From Calcarisporiella thermophila CBS 279.70 (Eukaryota > Fungi > Calcarisporiellomycota): 64,000 bases of DNA. Position 1 is the stretch's first letter; each line of letters begins with the position of its first letter. The translations under genes and the position numbers were made by a program. Shown piece after piece: positions 37,501 to 50,234 of the stretch. The notes under the pieces were generated by a model. It was not told where the DNA came from and made no database searches. It was given only the letters and a program-made list of their open reading frames with translations. Location: the NCBI RefSeq assembly GCF_041956535.1, contig NW_027192192.1, forward strand, positions 623,796-687,795, given 5' to 3'.

Positions 37501-40065
37501 ATGTCAACTATACAAGGATCCACCCTTATTGCACGAGCTCTTAAAACACTAGGTGTTACAGTTGTCTTTGGCATTGTTGGAATTCCTATCGTAGAGGTAA
37601 TGAGTCTATAATGTGGCATCTCAAAAATTGACTAATACAATAATGCTATCAATCATTTTTGACTTATTAAAATATTTAATTTTCTCCAAAAAGGTTGCAG
37701 AAGCGCTTATCGCAGAAGGAATTGAGTTTATTGCTTTCAGGAATGAACAATCTGCTAGTTATGCTGCAGGGGCATATGGTATACGCTTAATTAGCTATAT
37801 TTCCAAACGTATTTTATTATAGCTTATATTTGAACTTAGGATATCTGACCGGAAAACCAGGCGTACCTAATATTTATTTATGATATATTTGTATATTGCT
37901 ATTTTACTCGTATTTTCGCATCTATTAGGTCTGTCTTGTTGTATCTGGGCCCGGGGTTATTCATGGTAGGATACAATAACTCTGTATGTTCACTACTCAT
38001 GCAGCTATACTAATATGCAACGCATCTTGATATATACAGCTTTAGCTGGAGTCGCCAACGCGCAGGTAAATTATTCCTTTGGTTAATTGTTTTATATGTA
38101 TTAATGATTATTCTCTTGAAATTTTCTAATAATAGCAAAATTGTTGGGTAATATAATAACCGCACATTTCTTTTTTTTACAAATGCGGGATTTTAAATTT
38201 TACTTCATCTTTTTCTTAAAATAGCCTTTATTATTATTAGGCGGTTCACCCGAAACTGATGAAGTATATACATTTATTGAAAAAAACTTATTTTTACTAT
38301 GTTTACATTATTTGCGTTAGAATGGCACGGGTGCATTTCAAGAACTTGATCAAGTCGAAGCCTGTCGTCATTATTGCAAGTAATAGAATCGTGTAGATTA
38401 TCAAAATTTATTTTATTTCGCCTAATATCTTAAATATATAGATTTGCCTTCCGCCCTTCTAGTCTTGGAAATATGCCAAGCGTCATTGAAAAAGCGTTCC
38501 GAACATCGTTTTATGGTCGTCCAGGGGCATGCTATGTAGATTTGGTAAATAACTTTTATATACTTTTATTTCTTAACCATCTAATTTTGTTTTCAAATAC
38601 AAATTAGCCAGCGGATTTCATCAAAGGAAATATTGCTAGAGATGCTGTTATCTATAAGCCTCCGGTTCCCCCGCCACCTAAAACATTGGCTCATCCAACT
38701 GCGGTTGAAAATGCAGCGCGTCTTTTAAAGACAGCAAAAAGTCCAATTATAATTATTGGAAAAGGGTAAGTTTATTGATATAGATATGATATATGTTCAT
38801 GACCGAATTATAAGTTTCAACATGCAGTGCTGCATATGCTCGTGCCGAAGAGGAATTAAGACGGTTTGTGGATGTAACAGGATTTCCATTTCTGCCTACT
38901 CCAATGGCCAAAGGAGTGATTTCAGACAAGCACCCGCTTTGTATAGCGTCCGCGCGCTCCAAGGCACTGGCTGAAGCCGATGTGATACTTTTGCTAGGTG
39001 CAAGGTATATTTTACTTTACCAATTTTGAACTCATAAATTCTTGACGTATTGTAATTTTACTATGTAGATTGAACTGGGTTCTCCACTTTGGTCATCGCT
39101 TCAATCCGGTCGTTAAAATCATACAAGCCGATGTACATCCTGAAGAAGTGTCGAATAACATGAGATCTGCGGTATCGCTTGTTGGTCATCTCCCTTCCAT
39201 CGTGGAACAATTACATCATAGCATCGTCCCTTATAAATATTCACCTAAGACGCATTTTCTTCAAGGATTAATTGCAAAATCTAGAGAAAACGAAGAAAAG
39301 CTCAATAAGCTTTACCTTGATGATCATCTGCCAATGAGTTATCATCGGGCCTACTGGGAAATAAAGTATAAATTAGCAGAATTGTCCCAGGGTAGCGAGG
39401 GGTTAATTTGGGTAAATGAGGGAGCAAATTCGATGGATATCGCGCGTGTAGTATTTGAGATGACTGAGCCGCGGTCACGCTTGGACGCTGGGACATTCGC
39501 GACGATGGGTGTTGGAATGGGATTTGCTATTGCAGGTAAATTTTATATTTAATGAGTGACTGGAAATAGCAGTTATATATATCTGCTATCCTTAAGCCCA
39601 ACTTGTACATCCTACCAAGCGCGTCGTAGCTATCGTGGGTGATTCGGCATTTGGATTCAGTGCGATGGAACTAGAAACTGCAGCTCGTGCGAAAATCTCA
39701 CCAATTATAATAGTGATTAACAATAATGGAGTATACTATGGATTAGACTCAGAGTCCTATGCAAACACCAATCCTCTCCCTCCAACTGCTCTTCTGCCCG
39801 AGGTGCGCTATGATCTTATTGCAAATGCTTGTGGTGGTAAAGGGTGGTTGGTACACACTCCTCAAGAGTTACAAAAAGCACTCCTTGAAGCATGGAAAGT
39901 GCAAGAAAAACCTGTATTGTTAAATGTCATGATTCAACCGGGCGGAAAAAAGAAACTGGTGGGAAGCATTTTTAACCATTGAAAAAGTACATTAATTTAT
40001 TTATTAATATTTTGATACAGGAATTCGGCTGGCAAACTAAGAAAAACAATTCAGCGAAACTTTAA
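37501..40065 (+). CDS. HACL1: TPP-dependent 2-hydroxyacyl-CoA lyase / oxalyl-CoA decarboxylase family, peroxisomal; many micro-exons
   Basis: [53 protein letters not shown]...NNNG; C-terminal AKL* (PTS1). Confidence 0.9.
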
Positions 40066-41124
40066 AGCGTTCTGAGCTAATATAGAGCATTTTTATTCTA
40101 TTTATATATCTCTATGAAATGAGTTATTATTTACTGTAATTCTGTTTCATTAAATATCTCAATAAGTCTGCGAACATTACCTTTTATTGTATTTATTATA
40201 TATGGTATGAAATAAACCACGTATATTAAATCTTCCAAACACTTGCTATATATAATAGCTCTAAATATATTCAGCTATAATCTCACGATAACTAGAAGGG
40301 GAAAATTTGGGTAAATTGTGAGAACAGATTATTCGAAAAAAATTCCAATTTCAAAAAAATAATTGAATAAAAATTACGAATTAAATAAATTTGGGATTGA
40401 AATTTTGAAAATTTTGAAAAAATATTATTTTTTTTCAATATTTCTATTTTCTTTTTTTTTCAACCAATAATCACCACATGAATTTCTGATTGTTCGTTAA
40501 TTTGAAAACCCTACAATTCGTGTAGGTTAGACTTCGAGGCAAGATTATAATGACACAGAGTGGTAGATTGCATGTTTAATTATTAGCTGTGAGCTTCTCA
40601 TTACATGCTCTATTGATAAAAGCTACCAATACGAGGAAATATTTCTTATGAAAAATCCTAGTTTTGATCCAGTAGAAATATTTAGAATTAATAGGCGTGT
40701 TATTGTTCTCTTATTTGATTATCTGCTTATTGTGGTTATTTAGTATTCCCATTTCCTCGAGTGTCATTCACACCATATTTTTGGTGTTTTCTGGTTCTAT
40801 AGTTCAAGTTGGGAATCGTGTTGGGATCGCTACAAAATCGACTCTAGAGGTTTTTTAAGGCGATTATTTCGATTTTTTGCGGATTCTAAAAGTTGGCCAG
40901 TTAAAATGCAGAATTTCGCTTAATTTTAAGCAAATAATCCGAATAAGCGGCAGCGTGAACTCCCCCTATAAACTATCATCGCAGTGAAAAATCATGAAAT
41001 GAATTTATTTCATGCACTATACAGTTTAAAAGTATAATATAGAGTTATACCACGGATATCATTTTATTAAGGAATGAAAAACTCTGTACATGACGGTGTT
41101 TGATGCTAAATAACGGTGTTTGAT

Positions 41125-41781
41125 TTAGAAAAATGTGGCAAACAAGCATGTAGCAAAAACGACCATCAAGGCGGCAAAAGTTCGCTGAGGACCAGATGCA
41201 GCATTTGAGTTGACAGCAGCAGCCGAAGCAGCACCAGCGGACGCTGTGGGAACAACGCTCGGTGTGATTGCACGAGGAACTCCACTAGGTAACTGGTTAG
41301 GACTGGCAGGTACCGATGGGGCTGCAACTGCCGAACTGTCTGAAGCAGCATTAGACGGAGCAATAGCAGAGACTGTCGAGGACAGTGGAGAGTTGGAATT
41401 GACAACCGTGGTATTTCCAGGACCAGCCTGGGCGCCACCAACTATCACGGTTCCACGCATGCCGTTTTGGCAATGGTTACCAACTTTACAGAAGAACCAA
41501 TATTTGCCAGGTTTCTTAAATGTAATGTTGAAAGTTTTGCCTGGTCCAGTGCTTTCGGAATCGAAGCCTTTAAGTTTGGGAGAGCAAGAGTCGAGGCTTT
41601 CTGATTGAGTAACAGAGTGCTGACCATTAATGAAGCGGAAGATGATTTTATCACCGACATCAACATTGAGAGTAGAGGGTTCGAAAGTGAATGGACGTGG
41701 ACCGACTTGGACGTCAACTTCCTTGGCTAGAGAAAGAGTGAAGAGCAAAACAAGCAGTGCAGCGAAAGCAAAACGGCTCAT
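41125..41781 (-). CDS. Secreted, probably GPI-anchored cupredoxin (type-1 blue copper protein)
   Basis: Signal peptide MSRFAFAALL, HSVTQS, FFCKVGNHCQNGM (His, Cys, His, Met ligands), Ser/Ala/Pro-rich stalk, hydrophobic C-terminus. Confidence 0.88.
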   Translation of the reverse strand: MSRFAFAALLVLLFTLSLAKEVDVQVGPRPFTFEPSTLNVDVGDKIIFRFINGQHSVTQSESLDSCSPKLKGFDSESTGPGKTFNITFKKPGKYWFFCKVGNHCQNGMRGTVIVGGAQAGPGNTTVVNSNSPLSSTVSAIAPSNAASDSSAVAAPSVPASPNQLPSGVPRAITPSVVPTASAGAASAAAVNSNAASGPQRTFAALMVVFATCLFATFF

Positions 41782-41823
41782 GATAGTAGTTTTTGACGCG
41801 TAAATTGATGCAGATGGTTTAAC

Positions 41824-41936
41824 AGGGTTGGTCAACAACCGAAAATGAGAAAAGCAGAGGGGTAAATAGAAGGGTTGGTCAACAACCGTAAAGGATGGAG
41901 TATAGAAGAAGGGGATAAGAGGCTGGTCAACAGCAA
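41824..41936. repeat. Three spaced 17-18 bp palindromic repeats (AGGGTTGGTCAACAACCG x2, AGGCTGGTCAACAGC x1), 47-49 bp period
   Basis: Copies at 41824-41841, 41871-41888 and 41920-41936, read directly. Confidence 0.85.
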
Positions 41937-42457
41937 AAGGTATTGATGAAAAGGCAAAAGATTGAAAACGAATTTATCAAAATGTGGTCTCTTAAATAAT
42001 AGCTGAAGACGAAGATTTGCAGGACGGTTACACGTTCTCACCCATTTCACGCTGTCCAATCATTTGCACACCACATTTGTTTCATGGACACAAAGCTAGC
42101 GAAGAAGCTAATAAGTCAGCCATTGATAACAGCTTCAATAAAGCAGGCGAACCCTAAGCGTATTATAGATTTGTCACGTCACTAACTTATTTTCCCCTAG
42201 TGAACCTCTAGACTTTACACTCCGATGTGACTGGACTCCCAATCGTTATAATGGCAAAACCGCGTTGAGCTATTTTAGCTTCGCGACACTATAATAAGCT
42301 GGAATTTAGCCACATTTCACCGTTGGGTTTCAAAGGAAATTTAGATCAGTTCGATTGTGCTCGGATCTCTTTGATAGTAATTCTAGAGTACCTTGTGGCG
42401 CGTGACTTTATATAAGGCGTTAGTCTTTCTATGAATACTCAATAGTAAATAATTTCA

Positions 42458-43863
42458 ATGAGTGCATGGCATGATTCACCGTCTCTCCCTCCCTATCTTG
42501 AACCCCCTCCTCCATACTATTATTGCGAGGCAGAAGATCGTCAACTCGAACTTACAAGTAATGATGTTAGGCTGCAATCAATTGCATCTCTCTCTCTGAG
42601 AGAAGTTTGCAATTGGCTCTCCGCAACTGATATTTCTGAGGTCGCCAGAGTGTGTCGAGAATGGTCAGATTAATGCACGCATTATAAATGCATTTACTCC
42701 GATCATAATCCTATGAACATTTCATTAGGGATACAGAAATCACTCGTTTGCGGTGGAATAATATTGTAATACTTGGCAAATTGGATATCCCCATAAGCGT
42801 GTTCAAAAACCTCCTGCAGAATTTACCTAACTGTCGTGAAATAACTCGTCGCTGTGTTGCTACGGTTGATATTAGCAATGTGGAAGAGACTCTTTACTCC
42901 ACTTTGCCTGAGACATGGTTAGCCACCCTCTTAGCAGAATTGCCCAACCTTAGAAATCTTAGATGTTGCAGAGCCACTTTCTTTAACTCAAATGTGATCC
43001 GTTTGGCCACCAAATTTTCGTCCGGTAGTCTGATGGAGCTCGACCTGACTGAATGCAAGAGCTTAACCGAAGCCACTCTTAAGGCGTTAATTAGTACATT
43101 TCCCAAACTTAGAAAATTGATCTTAGATGGAACATCTGGCATCACGGATTCATCGCTAGAGTGCGTAGCTAGAACATGTCATAATCTTGAATTTTTAAGC
43201 CTCGCACATCCCTGGTCTCTTTGCGACAACGCCATTTATGCTATAGCTAATTTTTGTTGGCAGCATCTTCGATACATAAATATTACGGGTGCAGTACGAG
43301 TTACCGATGCAAGCGCTATTTTATTAGTCCAACGTTGTGTTTTACTGGAAACAATTATCCTAAAGGACTGCTATCTACTAACAGATGCAGTGCTTCTTGA
43401 AATGACTTGTTCAAGCTGTTCAAATACCCTGCAGCACTTGGATGTTTTTGGATGCAAGTCAATGCAACTTGATGCCAATATTATATATCAGCTTGCATCC
43501 AATTGCAAAGGCCTCGATTCATTTTCGTTTGATCTTTTGCCTCTAATCCAACAGTACCATGTGAATACCAAAACACTTTTGAGTGCCTTTAGTAGTTTGA
43601 GGAATCTACGCACCATACATATACATAAGATATATGATATATCTTCGAACGTACAGCCTCTTATGCGACTTCTTTCAGAATGTCCCCGTCTTGAAGAGGC
43701 CAACTTTTATCGCACAACTACTGACTCGGATTTCATCCTTGGAGGATATGCGGAAACGAGCAAGAAATCTTCTCTGACTGATACTGCCTCTCTCAAAGAG
43801 CTCCATCGATTAAAAAGTGGCCGCAGTATATCTATCATTCTAAAGCTTGAGGAAAATTCGTAG
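42458..43863 (+). CDS. F-box/LRR (RNI-like) protein
   Basis: F-box-like LREVCNWLSATDISEVARVCREW, intron 42665-42728, then Cys-containing LRRs (LDLTECKSLTE, ITDSSL, VTDASA, LTDAVL). Confidence 0.8.
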
Positions 43864-44162
43864 AATCTCTTCCCTAAATTCTGTGATGTTTATGTACTAC
43901 TATCTTGATTTTTGGCCCTAAATATCTAACTCATATTATCTTCACACCAAAATTCAAGGAATTTTCCTCTTGTAAATTAAAAGTTTAATTCAAAGTCGTA
44001 ATCGTTACTACTAAATGTATTCATAAGTATCCTGGGGCCATTCTCTGCTGATAAGTTTCTAACATCAATGAAATTTAATTCATTTCGTAATATAGATTTA
44101 TTATCCTGAGTGACTGCAAACCAATTTATATAGACAGTCGTTTAAGCCACACGACAACGGCA

Positions 44163-45364
44163 ATGGAAAGAGAATATGAATCTGATATATTACATGCGCG
44201 TTCAAAGCATGCGGAAACAGACGAAGAGGAAGAAATGTTTCTCTCAGAGATACATATTCGACCTGAGAATGGAATGGTTGACGGAAGATACATAATTAGT
44301 AATTTCTATATCACCGTTCCTAGCCAGTACATTAAATCAGGATATAATCTTCCCACTTCTATATCTATTCGCCATGCGATGGGAAGCTCACTATCTCAAG
44401 TTGGCACACAGGTAGTTGCTATATTGTATAATTGATGCGAATTTCATGATGTAATTCTCCCGAATAATAAGGTATGGTCAGGTGCATTGCTTCTCGCAGA
44501 TTTTCTTTTAAGTGTTCCGGAGGTAATTCGCAATGAATACGTGGTAGAGCTTGGAGCGGGAACCGGATTATCGGGATTATGTGCTGCTCTCTGTGGAGCA
44601 AAAACGGTATTTTGTACAGGTAACTATTCGTTTATATATTTTTTGTACTTTTATTTCCATTAATTCTATTATTTAGACAATGAGAATAGGATCCTAGAAA
44701 ATTGCCGCTGGAATGCTGAATATGTAAGATCAGACGTGAAAAAGCTTTGTAAAAATGTGGGTAGTATTAAGGTGCGCTATCTCGACTGGCTCGACAAAAA
44801 TAACCCTCTTCTGCGGGGTGAAGATCCTGTAAAAAAGTCACTTTTCAGTTGGACGCAAGAGAACCTACAAGAAGTGGCTAAGGCTAAAGTGATCCTTGCA
44901 GCAGATGTCATATATGATGATGTTCTGACAGACGCATTTATTTATTTCATCACCCAACTTCTCAGTCTACGGCAAGATCGAGTGCTATATATATCGATGG
45001 AAAAGAGGTATCTCAGTATAACTCTCAGTTTCGTTATTATATATGGCTTATATAGTATGGTTTAGGATTAATTTCTCATTGGATCAACTAAAGGAAGTAG
45101 CAGAAGCGTATGAGCACTTTTTTAATGCTTTGCAGAATAGTGACCTCAAAGCGGAGCAAATAAACATCGACTTTCCCAAGGTATGATAAAAAACCTGATA
45201 ATTATTTTTAACTGGTAACTGATTATGAGTTTATTTACAAGTGGTTTGATTATATTCGGACAAAGGAGTTAGTAAGTTATATTTATTTTTTCAAAAACGT
45301 TATATACTCCTAACATTCCATTACATTTCTAAAGGAGCTCTGGAAGATTAGCTTGAAAGGTTAA
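44163..45364 (+). CDS. METTL22-like protein-lysine methyltransferase (family 16)
   Basis: VGTQVWSGALLLADF, VELGAGTGL, LDW, ILAADVIYDDVLT, EKRINF, ELWKI. Confidence 0.82.
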
Positions 45365-45475
45365 AATGATAAAAATTTTATCTTTAAACAAGTGAATATT
45401 CATTAGATTTGACAGTCACATAAATAAAAATGTGTTATATTTTATTTTAAATCTTTTTGTAAATATTTAACTGCC

Positions 45476-48400
45476 ATGTCATCTATATCGGTTGACACAG
45501 AGTTTATTGCAGTTGGCTGCAATCGCATGCCGCAAGTGGCTGCATGGTCTATAGATGGGATATTTGCATTCGGGGCTCACAATACTGTAGCGATTTCTTA
45601 CCCACAGGTGACTTCATTCTCAATTATAATCGGGGAATCGAAATATTAATTAGTATATTTTTTAGGATCCTACATGCCGAGGTGTGTTGGAGACATTAAT
45701 TGGCCATCAGGATCGTGTTAGTTGCGTGGCTTTTCTTCAGCGAGGATCTGAACTTGAGCAAAAGAGTGTCGCTCTTGTTTCTGGATCTGTAGATAAAACT
45801 TTACGAGTATGGCGACATGTGGAAGGCAATGGGTGGGTCTGCTCGGCAATACTGCAAGGACATCTCGGTACGGTCACAACTATTGGAGTATTGCGCGCGC
45901 GATCTTTGTTGGTGGAAAAAGATCTGATTGTGTCGGGTTCGGCTGATGGTACAATTCGTGTATGGGAACGCGAATTAGTTGACAAATTTAAGGATAAGGT
46001 TGAATGCGTTCAAGTAATTGAAGTGGGTGTGAAATATCCACTAGCGCTTGCGCTTTCATATCTCCCTAACTCAACTATTCCGGTTCTTGCTGTTGGGAGC
46101 ACGGAAAAGAAAATTGGTGTGTATATTCAGAAAAATGGATGCGTATGTATAAGTATTCTGGGTTAATCAGAGTAGATGGTTGACTTGCCAAATTTTATTT
46201 AAATAGTTTCAGCAGACTTTGACTTTACAAGGGCACGAAAACTGGGTTCGTTCCCTATCATTTGCTGTATGCACTTCCCCTGACGTACCTCTCGAAACGA
46301 GTTCGGAACATTCACGGCTACAAGAGAATGATCTTTTACTTGCTAGCGCTTCCCAAGACAAATATATTCGTCTCTGGCGATTTACAAGCAAAGGCTTTGT
46401 AAAAATCGATGAATCTAAGTCGCGGAGCGATTTTAATACGACGACATTAGAGAGCGAAGGAAATTTAACACAATCAATGTTAGAGGCATTAGAAGAGAGT
46501 ATCCTGTAAGTATTTGTTTCATTTAATTCAGTATAATAAAACGTATTTTTACCGTTGTGGTAATAGCCTAGGAGACACTACGCAACTTAGCACAAAAGCG
46601 CATATAATTGAGGTCGAAGCCCAAAATAACGAGTGCGTTATCAGATATATTGTATTTTTACTATCAGGATACTTTTGTTAAAATTGACAAATACTTTCTT
46701 ATAGAAAACACCGCTATTCAGTTATTTTTGAAGCTTTGCTTATGGGCCATGATGATTGGGTTTACAGTATCGACTGGCAAAAACCAACAATGTTGACAGG
46801 TAATATTTTTTTTTCTATTACTTTACTTTATTTTATTTTGATCGTTTCGCGCAGATTCAGATGGGAATTCAAAATATCATCAACCTATGGTTCTACTTTC
46901 TGCTTCGAGTGATCGCTCTATGATGCTTTGGAAGCCAGATCCAGAAACGGGTATTTGGATAAATCAAGTAATGAGAATACCTTATATTCTTGATGTAGTA
47001 TCAGAACTAATAAAGATACTGCTACTAGGTACGCGTAGGAGAAGTCGGCGGAGCGGCTCTAGGATTTTATGGCGGTTTGTTTGGTCCGAATGGCTCATGG
47101 ATTATTGGGCATAGTTATCATGGGGCATTTCATTTATGGCAAAATGTAGGAGGGGAAAAGGGTAAACGTTATTTTTTTTTGGAATGAAGCAATATTCCTC
47201 TCTCTTCATATTTCTATATTTATTTTTTTAGACTCCCGACTATGGGCACCACAAGTCGTTTCTAGTGGTCATTTCGATAGTGTTCAAAATTTGGCATGGG
47301 ATCCGAGAGGCCAGTTCCTTATATCCGTAAGGTAAATTTAGCAACATGCCTTTTGAGTGTTCCTTTGCATTTTATGTACAATTTATTTTACAGTCATGAC
47401 CAAACTTCACGCTTGTTTTCGCCATGGATTCGTACTCTATCAGATAATGCTACTCCATTGAAAACTTGGCACGAGATTGCTCGGCCTCAAGTTCATGGTT
47501 ACGATCTCCAGTGTCTCACTTTTATAAACTCTTGGCGATATGTCAGTGGGGCAGATGAGAAAGTTATGAGGGTTTTTGATGCGCCACGCACTTTTGTGGA
47601 AAACCTGGCAAACTTAACAGGATCAATAGAACCTTTAGACATTCTGGTAAGCACCGGTTTTAAATAAGAGCCAGTGCACTGTTTCACTAATGCTACTGCG
47701 TCTTAATAATTCCAATATAGAATTCAAGGCCTGTGGGTGCTAGTCTTCCTCCTCTAGGTCTATCCAACAAAGCAATTTTTGAAGGGGATATAGAAGAAAT
47801 AAAAGATGCGAAAGATGAATTTCACAGTCGGCAGTTATATACCCATGCATCGGCTACCCCTACTTCCTTAGTTGAACGCATGGTGCGACCGCCATTTGAA
47901 GAGCACTTAATGCAGCATACTTTATGGCCAGAAATCGATAAGCTTTATGGGCATGGATTTGAAATTTTTGCGATGGATTCAACTCATGATGAGAAATTAG
48001 TAGCTTCTTCATGCAAGGTATTATATCATCTTGTTTTTCATTATATTTATTTTTTACTTGTTATTCAATACCCAAAATAGGCTGCAACACCTGAACATGC
48101 TGTAATTCGATTGTTTGATGCAGCAACCTGGAAGGAGCTTCCTAATCCATTAAAGTCCCACTCCCTCACTGTTACAAAAGTTCGGTTTTCGCATGATGAT
48201 CGCTGGCTTCTGTCAACTTCTAGAGACCGATTCTGGACACTTTTTGAACGAGATATGGAGGAAAATGGTCCGTAATTATATATTTTGTTATATTTTCTTG
48301 CATTTTATTTAATTTACTCTTTTTAATTAGCTCCAACGCCGTATAAACTTGCATTTAAAGAAAAGGCTCACGCACGTATCATATGGGATTGCGCTTGGAG

Positions 48401-48927
48401 TCATGATGATACCTTCTTTATTACAGGTTCCCGAGATAAGACTGTAATATTTCTTATTCTTATATTAACACAAGGGATGCACAATTTGACTGTATTTTCT
48501 ATAATTTAGGCTAAAGTGTGGTGTAAGAATATTGATTCAAATGACTGGAAAGCAGTAGCAACGCTTCGCATGCAACATGCAGTCACTGCTGTTAGTGTCG
48601 CCCCCTGTCTTGTACGCAAGAATTATGTACTAGCTTTGGGTCTAGAAAATGGCGAAGTCCATATCTTCGAATCCAAAGAGCAAGATTTGAGTGCTTGGAC
48701 GAGCCTGACGAACGAAAATGATACAAAGTATGCAGTTCTTGGACTTATTATTATTGTTATCAGATCACTCATATATATATCTTTACAGGCTTTTCCACTC
48801 CGCAACCGTAAATAGCTTGGCATGGAAGCCAGTTTCTGATGAGCAACTAGGCTCTGTGAAAACTCTACTCCTGGCAAGCGGTGGTAGTGACCATGCTGTC
48901 CGTTTAATGAAACTTGTGGTTTCATAA
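45476..48927 (+). CDS. ELP2: Elongator complex subunit 2 (WD40)
   Basis: [70 protein letters not shown]. Confidence 0.95.
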
Positions 48928-49171
48928 TTGAAATAGACAATTTCAACTATAAAAGAAAATATAATCAAATAAACATGAATTTTAGAAAAGGCTTAGATCA
49001 GTTTTTATTACTTTTAGCTGTTAAGCAAACGATCGAAAATGGTGGAAGTTTTTTCGATAATGTTACCGTATTTTGGGTATATATTTGTTAAAACCTGTGA
49101 CTGCTTTCACCCTGAAATATTAGGTTTAAATACTGCGTTTTTAGGTGGAAGAAATTGTGTTATCTTCTATA

Positions 49172-49987
49172 ATGAGTGAATCCGTAAAGACTGGCGTTTT
49201 AATTCGCGATAAAAGTAAGTAAACATAATCTAAGCTTATATGATTTAATCTGCATATCTTCATATCTCCGAATCAACTTTCTTTAGGTATTGATCTTATT
49301 CTTAACTCGCTGCGAGTTAAAGAAGGTATTTACTTTCATTTCGATCACCATCGTGTCAATTAAAATTAATATTAACTACGTATACTCTCACAACAATTAA
49401 GAATCCCAATCGGAAGAAAAACTTGTTCGCATTGCCGCAGAAATTGAAGCGCGTATATTCGAAAATTGTAAAAGACAGATAACTCCTGATTATAAAGACT
49501 CAGTACGTAGCCATGCACTGAACCTCAAGGAAAAATCTAACAATAATCTTCGATTGCGTGTGATCAATGGCAATATTTCCCCGAAAGCGTTCGCCGACAT
49601 GGACAAAAATGTAATTAAGTGAATTGATATTATCTGAGATTTTCACTTAAATAATGTACATTTCAAAAGGCTATGGCATCAGAAAGTAGACGGAAAGAGA
49701 TTGAGACTTTAAGGAAAGATTCTCTGCAACGCTCGTTGGGAGTGGACGATCTTGAACCGGTAAACTTTCTTATCTTTAGATTTTTTGTTTTCAAATTTTC
49801 TAATATAAACATACTATTCTCTTAGTTTGAATATGATGACACCGCACCTCTCTCTATGGGCCCACGAGGAGGATCCATGCTGTGGAGTGGTGGTGACCCG
49901 GTAAATATAACTGACTTCAAACAGATTTTCCAGGCTTCCCCACCTAACACGACAAACAATCCTGTATTTTAGGATGCCAAACCATAG
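49172..49987 (+). CDS. Stand-alone TFIIS central-domain (domain II) protein
   Basis: Manual splicing: IRDKSIDLILNSL...IAAEIEARIF...YKDSVRSHALNLKEKSNNNLRLRVINGNISPKAFADM..AMASESRRKE. Not in the ORF track. Stop at 49972, or at 49987 if a last intron is used. Confidence 0.78.
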
Positions 49988-50234
49988 TGTAGATCACCTA
50001 GGATTATAATTATTTTATTGATGGACTTTTTAATTTTAACGTTAATATATTGGAGACCGGTTAAGTAGTTTTACAAACTTTTCTCGATAAAACAAAATAA
50101 GATAGGTTGCTATCATTAAAAATAATACTCTATTTCGTGCATTGTATCTTTAAATACACAACAAACTCTTCATCCGAGAAAAAAAAAAGAATATCCCAAT
50201 TCAATCGCAACTCTACTTTTTAAAGCTCTCCGTT

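Noticed and set aside
41824-41936. CRISPR-like repeat-spacer appearance
   Set aside because: Eukaryotic context, repeats only ~18 bp, spacers similar to each other, no cas genes; kept only as a regulatory repeat.
42665-42728. Apparent stop/frameshift in the F-box gene
   Set aside because: Explained by a GT...AG intron that restores the frame (VCREW-DTEITRL).
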